Assembly (NCBI GenBank): GCA_964551375.1
Contig: CAZKBG010000002.1
Location: 45,558-77,557, forward strand
Origin: an uncultured archaeon
Lineage (GTDB): Archaea > Iainarchaeota > Iainarchaeia > Iainarchaeales > JAAZKV01
Direction: 5' to 3'
DNA: 32,000 bases
Shown: positions 15,030 to 24,397 of the stretch, in pieces
Layout of the letters: each line of letters opens with the position of its first letter
Numbering within the stretch: position 1 is the stretch's first letter
Notes under the pieces: model-generated
Told to the model about the DNA's origin: nothing
Databases searched by the model: none
The model's input: the letters and a program-made list of their open reading frames with translations, nothing else
Program-made: the position numbers and the translations under genes

Positions 15030-16496
15030 ATGATATATCCAAAAATTAGCCAGAGAGGATTTAACATGTTCTCCGCAATAGTTGCGGTTCTACTAATCAT
15101 GGCTGGAGTGGTAATAACAAACACGCTAATTTCAACCGAAGAAAAAACAAATCGGCAAGTTTACTCAATGCTGAATAATTATCAATTAACCGATGCCGCC
15201 GCAGTTGCAAGAGCAGATGCGCTTCAGAACTTTAATTATGCATTTAGAGTGCAGATGGAAAATTATCTTACTTACGACAAATATGAAATGGGAGAATATG
15301 CTGATGATGAAACAAGCGGACTTGGATTATTTACTATAACCACTGGAAGCGAAGCTTTCACATTCACTGAAATGAAAGCAGCATTTGAACAATCGGTTCT
15401 GCAAAAATCAGGCCCGGGGGACTTTAATTCAGTGCTTGAATACGTTGCGGGAAACACGGTTAATCAATTTCAGGAAAGAACATACGGAAGATTCAGCGTT
15501 TACTTAAGCGAACGATCCGAAGACAGAGCGGGAGCGCAGGCAAAAGTAAAAGATGTATTATACGCGGCAACTGCTCCTCATATGAATAACTTATTTGATG
15601 TAGTTGAATGCGGAGAGAACGAATGCAAGAATGGCTCATTTTATTTTAACATTCCATTAAACGAAATATCTGACTCGCAGTACGAATCACTGCCAAGAAT
15701 TGTAGTAAAAGACCTTGTTACTCATGAAGAAATAAAAATGCCAATCCTTCCAAGAACAAATATTAGAATTTACATGCCGCTGCGATTTTTCAAAGCAATA
15801 TTTGAAGCAAGAAAATTTGCAATTATAATGAGAGCGCAGCATAATGCACTTCAAAGCTACCGGCTTGGATTCTGCGATCCTGGATGCGCTCCAAGAACAC
15901 ATCCAGTGAATGCCTCAACTGGCTCTTATGGAAAGAACTGCCCCCAGACTGATTCAGGGGATGCTTCAACAGTAGCATTATCAGCAGCTCCGCTTGGAAT
16001 AACTCAATACCAAGCAGGGGGAACAAATGCTGGCTCGCTTGGACTTAAAGCCCACGCTACTGAACTCTTATGTTCCTATGCTGGCGGAATCTTTGACACC
16101 ACTGACACCACGTTCATGCCTTTTTCTAATTCACTAAAAGCAAAGGACCCCCAAATGGTTGATGTGGCAAACTGCCCCATTCATGCAATTACTGTGGAAC
16201 TTCCTAATGCAAAACCTATGTTTGAAATGACAGGGCTTACAATTTCCTACGCTGATGGGCTTGAAAAATATTTAAGATGCGGATGGATAATGGGAATCAC
16301 TTCACAAGTTGTTTTTAAAGAGACAAATCCGCTTTACATTGTTAGAGGAACATATGATCAGGGAAAAGTTGACTTATTTAAAATACAAATAAAGGATGTG
16401 GCTTTCCCTGCGCAGTGGAGCGCGGACGGAACTTACCCTACTCCGACAGCAAAATGCAAAGCAACAGGAAGCGCATGCGAGACATACACCTCTTAA
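15030..16496 (+). CDS. Large secreted protein with a class III (type IV pilin-like) signal peptide (488 aa from ATG 15030; the track ORF starts at TTG 15009)
   Basis: The N-terminus is MIYPKISQRG/FNMFSAIVAVLLIMAGVVITNTLIS. It has a short basic leader, Gly at the putative -1 position and then an uninterrupted ~22-residue hydrophobic helix, as in archaeal prepilins. The rest is Cys-containing and hydrophilic with no recognisable motif. Confidence 0.6.
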   Translation: MIYPKISQRGFNMFSAIVAVLLIMAGVVITNTLISTEEKTNRQVYSMLNNYQLTDAAAVARADALQNFNYAFRVQMENYLTYDKYEMGEYADDETSGLGLFTITTGSEAFTFTEMKAAFEQSVLQKSGPGDFNSVLEYVAGNTVNQFQERTYGRFSVYLSERSEDRAGAQAKVKDVLYAATAPHMNNLFDVVECGENECKNGSFYFNIPLNEISDSQYESLPRIVVKDLVTHEEIKMPILPRTNIRIYMPLRFFKAIFEARKFAIIMRAQHNALQSYRLGFCDPGCAPRTHPVNASTGSYGKNCPQTDSGDASTVALSAAPLGITQYQAGGTNAGSLGLKAHATELLCSYAGGIFDTTDTTFMPFSNSLKAKDPQMVDVANCPIHAITVELPNAKPMFEMTGLTISYADGLEKYLRCGWIMGITSQVVFKETNPLYIVRGTYDQGKVDLFKIQIKDVAFPAQWSADGTYPTPTAKCKATGSACETYTS

Positions 16497-16640
16497 GCGC
16501 AAAATCAGTATTTTTTGAATTAAGAAAATGATTTTTCGCCAATAGATGCGTGTTAATCGCCATCAAGATAAGATTAATAAAGGGAAGAATGATATAATTA
16601 TTATAGTGAATAAGTTTTATTCAACTTATAAGTGATGAAA

Positions 16641-19600
16641 ATGGGTATTGGGGACTCTCTAAGAGACGCTTATTATTCGCTCGAAGACAAATGGTACTCT
16701 TTCATTGACGGAGTTTCTGAAAAAGTTCCCGCTGTGGGCAGTTTTGTTGACGCCCTTGAAGACAAAGGCATACCAAGTTTCCCTGCTTTTATATTATTAA
16801 TAATAATAATAGTGGCTCTATTGGCATTTTTCTTTTTATCATCATCACAAGCAACACTTACAATCAAAATCACTGACGACACAGGAACCGGAGTGGAAGG
16901 AGCAAGCGTAATAGTGCTCCAAGATGACGTTGAAATCGCAAATGTTACCACAAAAGAGAACGGACTTGCGGTATTTTTGCTTCCAAGAGGCGAATACAGC
17001 TTAAAAGTTGACAAAGAAAATTATTCTACTTCTACAAAATCAATAACGCTTGACGGCGACAAGGAAGAAGATTTGACACTAAGCCTTGAAGACACTACAA
17101 TTACAAAAGCTGTTTACTTAAAAACCGCTAACGGCGAACTTGTGAGCGGAAGCGGAACAGTAATTTACAGATGCAGAGGAGACACTGGAGATCAGACAGC
17201 GACTTATGCAAGCGGGAAGTTTGACGCGACAGTAAAAAAATCCTGTGCAGCAGTTGAAGTTATTACAATACAAAATTATAATTTAGTAGAGCCAATCGCA
17301 TCATTCTCTGGAAATTCAGCGGTAACAGTTGAACAAATAGTTGTATTGACTGGGAGAGTTACAGTTTCATTATCAATCGCAGGCTCAACAGATCTGCCTC
17401 CTGCGGGCGTAAGAGTACAGCTTGTTCCAAATGATAACACAACTTCAATAAGCGCAATAACACAAGGGGGCGCAGTAGTTGTATTTGAAGAAGTTCCTGT
17501 AAAAAGTTATTATGTTCTTGTAACAGACCCAAACGGAGCATTCTCTGTTTTTGACGGCTCAAAATTAAACGAGACAAAAAATGTTTTAAAAGGTGAAACA
17601 ACTCAATTCACAGCAGCGCTTGCAAGAGTGCAGGCGACAAAAATTATAGTTAATGTAAAAGACTCAGCAACAGGGCTTCCTGTAAAAGGAGCTGAAATAA
17701 AACTAACTTCCGCAGCAAACACAAATGATGTTTTAACAAAAATAACAGGCGCATTAGGGCAGGGCGAATTTTCAGTAGCGCAAGGCTCAAACTATGTTGT
17801 TACAGTTGACCATCCTGACTATGTTTCAGGAAAAACAATGCCCGCAGCTGCAGGCGAAACAATCAACTTCCAAGTGGAAAAGGTTGACTCATCAAACAGC
17901 AACACTTTAACAGTGCAGGTAGTTGACTCAAAAGACAAACCTGTTGATTATGCAAGAGTGGTACTGAAGAAAATTGAAGCAAACGAGCCAATTGTCGGAG
18001 AAAAAATTACAGGGGCAAGCGGAGAAGCGCAGTTCTTCAACCTTGAAGTAGGAAAATCATACATTGCGTCAATTTCAAAAGAAGGATTTGGAAGCCAGAC
18101 TTCGCCAAGCGTGCAAATAGAGCCAAAATCTGGAAAAACAGTAAAAGTAACATTTGATATTGGATACGGAAAAGTTTTAGTAAAAGTTCTTGACCCTGAA
18201 AAAGCAGTTCTTGCAGGAATCAGCGTAAAAGCATTTAATTCACTAACAACAAAGCAGGAAGGAGAAGCACTATTAACAGGAAGCGACGGAATTGCGGAGT
18301 TCTCTGAAATCAGAGCGGATAAGAAAGTATTCTTTATAATTGAATCAAGCGCTTACGCAAAATATTTCACAGCAACAGTGCAGCCAACTGCAAATGCAGA
18401 GCTTGGAAAAGAAGTAGTGCTAATGAGACCAACTGGAAAACTGCTTGCTGAGCCAGTAATAATATTTAGCGGAACAGAAGAAATGAAAAACGGCGCAGGA
18501 AGCGAAGTTGGAGTAAGCCAGGGAATTTACACTCTAAAAGCAATACTGCAGGTTCCAAAAGGACAATTCAGCGAAGCAGGAATGCATATTAGAACAGGAA
18601 AACAAACTCAAAATTTGACTAACAATTTAGAAGAAGACGGACTTTACATTTCAACAATAGAAGCATCAGGAAGAATAACAAAAGGAACCTCTTACACTCC
18701 GCCAACTGGATATGATATTGACTCAAAGAACACCACACAAGGCAATGCAAAATGGGCAAATATAGTGTGGAAAAACCCTGCTGAAGGAACTTACGAAGTA
18801 GAAGCTGAAGTAAGCGTAACAGAAACAAACCCAAATGTGCCTCTTGAATTATTCTACAGAGGATGGGCTAAAGGAAGCGCAACACTAAGAGACCCTGCAA
18901 GCAACGTAGCAGGAAATGAATTATACTCAATTGCAAAAAGAAAAATACTTTCAGTTGGCTCGGCAAGCATGTGCACAGCAAGCTTCTGCAAAAGTTATAT
19001 TCTAACTCCATTAACAGGCTCTGAAGCAGGAAGAGCAAGAATAGTAAGCGGAACAGTAGAAGCAAAGAAAGGAGTAACTTACTCACTAACAGCAGATTTG
19101 ACTAATTACAGCGGAAAAACAATTTCAGGAGCCGCACTAAGCGTTGAAGGAAAAAGCGTTGATATTAATTCAATTACAATTAATGATGTTCCTCAAACTG
19201 ATTTAGCAAGCTCAATAAATCTTGGAAACATCGGAGCGGATTCGCCAGTAAAAATAGTTGTTACATTCACAACAAAAACAAGCGGAAGTTCAGGAGTAAG
19301 ATTCATAATTAACTCCTCAACAAAGAACGAGTTTGACGAACTGATTGCAATTAATGTTAAAGTAAACAAAAAATTCCTGCTTTCAATTGTTCCAAAAATA
19401 ATTATCCCTTACATTAACAACACAATGTTCTTTGAAGCAACTGATGGAAATAACTCACTAAGCGGAGTATTAATCCAAATCAAAAACGGAAAGAACACGC
19501 TTGGAAAAGTTGAAACAAGCGGAGAAGGACTTGCAACTTACGAACTTAGCGAGCCAAAACTTGACGATGAAATAACATTTATCGCAAGCAAAGAAGGATA

Positions 19601-22600
19601 TGACAATGTTGAAGTTACAAAGAAAGTTGACGCTGCGCTACTAACAATAACTCCTCAATCAATATCTGAAACAATCAAAATAGGGGATGTTACTGGACTA
19701 ACTACAACAGTAATAATGCAAAATAACACTTCAAAAAATGTGAGACTTGGAAGCGTTCAAATAAACGGGGACATGAAAACTTATATTGACGCAAAATTCA
19801 TTGAAACATTAGCAGGAACAATAATCGAACAGGGAAAAGACAAAAACTTCACTTTATCACTAAAATTAAACTCAAGCGCAATTAAACTAAAAGCTCCAAA
19901 AGACTTGACTGGAACTGTGGTAATAAACACTGAAATACCAGGGACAAGCGCAGGATACTTAAACGAAATACCAATCTCAATAAGACTTTCAATGCCAGGG
20001 TACATGGATGACGCAAAATGCCTCAAAGTTACTCCTGCAACAATTGACTTTATTACAAGCGATACTGAAGAAAGCAAAACAGTAGTGCTGTCAAATTTAT
20101 GCACAGCAGAAGACTTCCAAATCCCGCTTCACGATATATCAGCTAAACTAAATGAAGCAATGAAAGTTGGAACAATAAGCGTAAACGGCTCTGGATTTGC
20201 GACAGTAAACCTTGGCGATAAATATGTGAAAATCGCAGACAGCCTTGAAAAAGATTCTGAAACAGAACTAACAATAAGATTCTCTCCAAATTCAGCAGTA
20301 TCAAGCGGAAAACAAACTGTTACTGTAACAATAATGGGAAAGAATATACTTGACGACAAAACTGAAGAAAAAGTTGAAACAACCCTAAAAGTTAATTCAA
20401 CAATGAACAGCCTTTCAAAATGCATTGAAATAGTAGAGCCATCAGGCGGAATACTGCTTGATATTGCTCCATGGAACTTAGGATACAACAGAATCCAGCA
20501 GTCAAACATGTCAGCATACGCTGGCGGGTACCAAGGATTCACAAATAGAAGCGCTCCATACAATATGTCTTACATGGGCGGAATGGGGATGATGGGATAC
20601 GGAACTAACGGATACGGTTCAGCATACGGCGGATTTAACTCATACGGAATGTACCCAGGAAGCGTAGCAGGCGGCGGAATGCAAAACATGAGCTACCAGC
20701 AGAATTCATTTATAATAAAGAACAACTGCCAGACAGATGTTGATATAGACCTTGACCCAGATTCAAGAGTTACAGTATCAACTGACAAATTCACACTATC
20801 TGCAAACAGCGACGAAACAGTTACAGTTGATCCGGGATACGTTCTTGGAAAATACAAAATAAAAATAAACGCAAAGCCAAAAGGAACAACAACTTCAATG
20901 AAAAACCTAAAAGAAGTTTCAGTGACAATAAGAAGACTTGGGGATATGGACACTGACTGCATTAAAACAAATGTAACAACAATTAACCTAAATTCATTCT
21001 TATACAGGCCTCAGAAATACTCTGTTTTCAATTACTGCTATGATACAGGAGCTGCATTATCAAGAAGCAATGTTGCATCAATTGAATGCTCGGCTCCGCA
21101 GAACAACAGTCTTGGATTAAATTACTTCCAGCAGGGACAAGAATCATACTACGGCTCAAGCTACCCTCTAAATGGACAGAATGCAACTTACAACAGTTAT
21201 ATCCAGCCAAGCGGATGCCAGACAAACTCATGCTCATTAATTACAGGAACAAGAGTAAGACAAAGAACTACTGAACAGGGGACAACAGGAACAATAGAAA
21301 GAGTAGACTTTGATGTAATGCCAAGCTCGCAATACATACCGCAGCAGAAATTATTTGACAATAAAGTCGGAAAATACGGAGCATTCCAAAACCTTAGCGC
21401 AATAAGATCATGGGCTACTGAAACCGACGCAAGAACTAATGTTTACGGAAATTTAAATATCAGCTACACAAACCAATACGGTTCGGCTGAATGCATGGAA
21501 TTCCCAATCACAATCACTGATGTTTGGAGAATGGGAGAAAGCATAGATTCGGCAATCAACTGGGGAGACCCAACAGCAAGGCCAAAAGACTGCCAAGAAG
21601 CTGACGCGCTGAATATTACTAAATACTGGGAGAATAAAACTCCAAATAAAGACGGAGTAGTTCCTGACAGCGGAGACGGATTTAATGCACAGGATAGATA
21701 TGTTTACATGGCAGAACCGCCAGCGCTAAAAATCGGACCATCGCCGACTCAAAACAGCATGAGTTACCCTTCATCTTACGGAAACAACATGTATGCATAC
21801 ATGAATCCTCAATACGGAATGTACAACAACCAGCAGGGCGCTCAATACTATAGTTCAGGAAATGAATCTTATATGAGAGGACAGCCAGCAAATAACGGGA
21901 ATTCTGGAAGCGCAACAAAGAACTGCGGACTTCTTGACGGAATTGATGTCAAAACTGTAATCAATCCAAAAGATGCAGGCGGAGCAAAAGTAACAGTAAC
22001 TGACAGAGGAACAGGAAGCATAATCAACAACTCAAGAGGCTCAAACTTAATGGTGGAAATTGACAGAAGCACAATGACAGTTAACTGTGTGCACTTAAAC
22101 ATTCCAATTACAGCAAAAGTAACAAGATCAATCAACTTTGAATCACAGGACTTGACATGGTTCCTTGATGTAAAATTCGCAAAGAAAGGAATACCTTACA
22201 ACGAAGCAGAATGCATGAAGACAACAACAAGCACAGTGACAGACTGCAAAGATGCATTAAGAAGCATACTTCTAAAGAACAACACAAAACAAAACGATGC
22301 TGCAGGAATTGAAGCTGCAATTAAAGAGCTTTTAGACAAGCGACCAGAATGCAGGCAATATGTTGATGTGTCAGTTGCAAATACTATTTTAGGGCAGATT
22401 GCTCAAGATACAAACTTAGGAAAAGGATGCGCTTTATCTCCTGCTGAATTCGGACACACTTTAATAAAAAGCACAAAGTCAACTCCTGCTGACACAGTTG
22501 ACTGCACACAATACTTCTGCAGCGGAGAAATGCTGAATTTATTCTTGTTAAAGAAATTCTCTGAGGCAAGAACCATGTTGAACAATGAATTATCCGATTT

Positions 22601-24212
22601 AAGGAGCCCGCTTGAAATAGAAAAGAAAAGCAAAGTCGCAAAATACGATGCTGCAAAAGATGTTATGATTTCAAGATTATACAGAAGAGCAATTGAAAGA
22701 GATATTAATATCTGCAACAGCGGAGCAAAAGCATTCTACTCAATTGAAGGCACAAAAGCGCTTGATATTTACGGCAAATACGAATTAAGCAATTTAAAAG
22801 TTGATTCAGCTGCAAAGAAAATAATCACTGACAAAGGCGCAGGAGCAGTTCCATTAACAAACATGGTTACATACGTTCTTGGCGCAAGCGACTTGAAGAA
22901 AGATTACAACAGTTTGCTAATCAAAGTTCCAGTTAATCCAGATGTAAACAAAGGGCTTGAAGGAATCGGATTTGTAGTATCAGGCTCGGATTATTACTTA
23001 TCACTTGAAACATACTCTGATTTATTGACTCAGGTTGCAAAAGACCTTGATAATGCTAAAACTTGCGATAAAGCAAACACTGCCTGCAAAATTACTCTGT
23101 GCGGAAGAAATGATGTTGTTCTTGAACCAAATGTAATAAAATACATTAATGACTTTGGACAACTCGTGAAAGGGGTATACGACAGAGAAGATATGGATCA
23201 GATTGATATTGAAGCAATTTACTCAAAGAATCCAAAATTAAACAAAGTTCATGACCTTGCTAAATTTAATTCAGTTCTTTCAAATACAAAAATTGGAAGC
23301 TCAAAATTAAATTCAGGACTTGCGCCGAGCGTTCTTCTTGCAAAAACAACACTTCCTGCAAATGGGTTTGATGCAAAAGCAATCCTGAATAATTCTTTAG
23401 GAGACCTTGGACAGTTAAAAATAGCTTATTCTGGAGAAAACAATCCTAAAATCGGAAGGTATTCGCTCGAACTTGATTATGCTTATGTTGGAACTGAAGT
23501 TTCAAAAGAAGCAAAAGCAACACTTTCTGACCATAATTCAACAATTGAGGGCGCTCCAAAAGTGCAAAATAACGCATTGCTATTATACGGACTTTCTGAA
23601 AATGACTTATTTGTTGTAAATTCAACAGATGCAATTTTCACAAGCCCTGCAAGAAATACAATTATTGGAGAAAGAACTATTGGTTTAGCAGGACAAATGG
23701 CATTCTTTAAGAAAATACCTTTAAAAGTAAGCGCAAGATTGTATGCCGGCGAAAGCGGATTAATGTACAAACCAGTTACAGGGCAAACATCCGTTCCGTC
23801 ATTGATTAACTGGTATGCTAGTGCGCAAGCTCCAAAAGGGCCTGATTCATTAGTTCAAGCAGGCAACGAGACTTGGTATAATATTAACATAATAAAATCA
23901 AACGAAACACAAAGTATTTATGGAATCTACTATTATCCTGATGGCGGAGCGCTTTTTGTTAACCGCGGAACTGCAAAGGGCGGGGAAATTACATTGACAA
24001 AAGCAGGGTATATGTTAAACATTCCAATCAGCACTGTTCCTTTGACAATACCTGGCGCAGATTCCCAGCGCAAAGAATTGTCGGCTGTTGTTTCAGCTAA
24101 CACAATGACGCTTGACGGACTCTTGCCTGAAATTAATGAAGGAAGAGCATGCTACTCGGATGACGGAACTTTGAACTGGAATGAAAGCAAATTAATCAAA
24201 GGCGCAAACTAA
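16641..24212 (+). CDS. Giant surface protein 2 (2523 aa from ATG 16641; the track ORF starts at GTG 16632): N-terminal signal-anchor plus many beta-sandwich repeats and Cys-rich regions
   Basis: MGIGDSLRDAYYSLEDKWYSFIDGVSEKVPAVGSFVDALEDKGIPSF plus a TM helix aligns with the N-terminus of giant 3 (MGIGESLKGIYYSGEEKWYAFWDKV...). GTGAT (16632-16636) lies 4 nt before ATG 16641. Repeated modules include TLTIKITDDTGTGVEGASVIVL and TKIIVNVKDSATGLPVKGAEIKL. Two Tyr/Gly/Met/Asn-rich low-complexity tracts. Confidence 0.85.
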   Translation: MGIGDSLRDAYYSLEDKWYSFIDGVSEKVPAVGSFVDALEDKGIPSFPAFILLIIIIVALLAFFFLSSSQATLTIKITDDTGTGVEGASVIVLQDDVEIANVTTKENGLAVFLLPRGEYSLKVDKENYSTSTKSITLDGDKEEDLTLSLEDTTITKAVYLKTANGELVSGSGTVIYRCRGDTGDQTATYASGKFDATVKKSCAAVEVITIQNYNLVEPIASFSGNSAVTVEQIVVLTGRVTVSLSIAGSTDLPPAGVRVQLVPNDNTTSISAITQGGAVVVFEEVPVKSYYVLVTDPNGAFSVFDGSKLNETKNVLKGETTQFTAALARVQATKIIVNVKDSATGLPVKGAEIKLTSAANTNDVLTKITGALGQGEFSVAQGSNYVVTVDHPDYVSGKTMPAAAGETINFQVEKVDSSNSNTLTVQVVDSKDKPVDYARVVLKKIEANEPIVGEKITGASGEAQFFNLEVGKSYIASISKEGFGSQTSPSVQIEPKSGKTVKVTFDIGYGKVLVKVLDPEKAVLAGISVKAFNSLTTKQEGEALLTGSDGIAEFSEIRADKKVFFIIESSAYAKYFTATVQPTANAELGKEVVLMRPTGKLLAEPVIIFSGTEEMKNGAGSEVGVSQGIYTLKAILQVPKGQFSEAGMHIRTGKQTQNLTNNLEEDGLYISTIEASGRITKGTSYTPPTGYDIDSKNTTQGNAKWANIVWKNPAEGTYEVEAEVSVTETNPNVPLELFYRGWAKGSATLRDPASNVAGNELYSIAKRKILSVGSASMCTASFCKSYILTPLTGSEAGRARIVSGTVEAKKGVTYSLTADLTNYSGKTISGAALSVEGKSVDINSITINDVPQTDLASSINLGNIGADSPVKIVVTFTTKTSGSSGVRFIINSSTKNEFDELIAINVKVNKKFLLSIVPKIIIPYINNTMFFEATDGNNSLSGVLIQIKNGKNTLGKVETSGEGLATYELSEPKLDDEITFIASKEGYDNVEVTKKVDAALLTITPQSISETIKIGDVTGLTTTVIMQNNTSKNVRLGSVQINGDMKTYIDAKFIETLAGTIIEQGKDKNFTLSLKLNSSAIKLKAPKDLTGTVVINTEIPGTSAGYLNEIPISIRLSMPGYMDDAKCLKVTPATIDFITSDTEESKTVVLSNLCTAEDFQIPLHDISAKLNEAMKVGTISVNGSGFATVNLGDKYVKIADSLEKDSETELTIRFSPNSAVSSGKQTVTVTIMGKNILDDKTEEKVETTLKVNSTMNSLSKCIEIVEPSGGILLDIAPWNLGYNRIQQSNMSAYAGGYQGFTNRSAPYNMSYMGGMGMMGYGTNGYGSAYGGFNSYGMYPGSVAGGGMQNMSYQQNSFIIKNNCQTDVDIDLDPDSRVTVSTDKFTLSANSDETVTVDPGYVLGKYKIKINAKPKGTTTSMKNLKEVSVTIRRLGDMDTDCIKTNVTTINLNSFLYRPQKYSVFNYCYDTGAALSRSNVASIECSAPQNNSLGLNYFQQGQESYYGSSYPLNGQNATYNSYIQPSGCQTNSCSLITGTRVRQRTTEQGTTGTIERVDFDVMPSSQYIPQQKLFDNKVGKYGAFQNLSAIRSWATETDARTNVYGNLNISYTNQYGSAECMEFPITITDVWRMGESIDSAINWGDPTARPKDCQEADALNITKYWENKTPNKDGVVPDSGDGFNAQDRYVYMAEPPALKIGPSPTQNSMSYPSSYGNNMYAYMNPQYGMYNNQQGAQYYSSGNESYMRGQPANNGNSGSATKNCGLLDGIDVKTVINPKDAGGAKVTVTDRGTGSIINNSRGSNLMVEIDRSTMTVNCVHLNIPITAKVTRSINFESQDLTWFLDVKFAKKGIPYNEAECMKTTTSTVTDCKDALRSILLKNNTKQNDAAGIEAAIKELLDKRPECRQYVDVSVANTILGQIAQDTNLGKGCALSPAEFGHTLIKSTKSTPADTVDCTQYFCSGEMLNLFLLKKFSEARTMLNNELSDLRSPLEIEKKSKVAKYDAAKDVMISRLYRRAIERDINICNSGAKAFYSIEGTKALDIYGKYELSNLKVDSAAKKIITDKGAGAVPLTNMVTYVLGASDLKKDYNSLLIKVPVNPDVNKGLEGIGFVVSGSDYYLSLETYSDLLTQVAKDLDNAKTCDKANTACKITLCGRNDVVLEPNVIKYINDFGQLVKGVYDREDMDQIDIEAIYSKNPKLNKVHDLAKFNSVLSNTKIGSSKLNSGLAPSVLLAKTTLPANGFDAKAILNNSLGDLGQLKIAYSGENNPKIGRYSLELDYAYVGTEVSKEAKATLSDHNSTIEGAPKVQNNALLLYGLSENDLFVVNSTDAIFTSPARNTIIGERTIGLAGQMAFFKKIPLKVSARLYAGESGLMYKPVTGQTSVPSLINWYASAQAPKGPDSLVQAGNETWYNINIIKSNETQSIYGIYYYPDGGALFVNRGTAKGGEITLTKAGYMLNIPISTVPLTIPGADSQRKELSAVVSANTMTLDGLLPEINEGRACYSDDGTLNWNESKLIKGAN
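20505..20708 (+). repeat. Tyr/Gly/Met/Asn-rich low-complexity segment 1 in giant protein 2
   Basis: NMSAYAGGYQGFTNRSAPYNMSYMGGMGMMGYGTNGYGSAYGGFNSYGMYPGSVAGGGMQNMSYQQNS. Confidence 0.75.
21741..21911 (+). repeat. Tyr/Asn/Gln/Met-rich low-complexity segment 2 in giant protein 2
   Basis: SPTQNSMSYPSSYGNNMYAYMNPQYGMYNNQQGAQYYSSGNESYMRGQPANNGNSGS. Confidence 0.75.
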
Positions 24213-24330
24213 ATAAAACTAAATAAAACGCGCGGAAAAACTTTTGTAATTCAAATTTTGCCTAAAACAAAAACAAAACTAATTTAAGAAACTCATTTTG
24301 TTGGACAAATTAATTTTTGAATCCTTAAAT

Positions 24331-24348
24331 AAACAAGTTTATTAATAA
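24331..24348 (+). promoter_or_regulatory. BRE/TATA-like promoter element for the 356-aa membrane protein gene
   Basis: AAACAAGTTTATTAATAA lies about 55 nt upstream of GTG 24398. AGGTGA (24388-24393) lies 4 nt before the start codon. Confidence 0.35.
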
Positions 24349-24397
24349 GAAAAAAGATGATGATAAGAGCAGAAAGCTTGATTATTTAGGTGAAAAA

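Noticed and set aside
14936-15124. A 62-aa minus-strand ORF across the intergenic region and the start of the pilin-like gene. Also the TTG 15009 and GTG 1291 / GTG 16632 start codons proposed by the ORF track.
   Set aside because: The minus-strand ORF is antisense to the class III signal-peptide region. For the three starts, downstream ATGs fit better: 15030 gives a canonical short basic leader, 1306 aligns residue for residue with the paralogs, and 16641 matches the MGIG start of giant 3 and has a GTGAT ribosome binding site. The longer versions remain possible.
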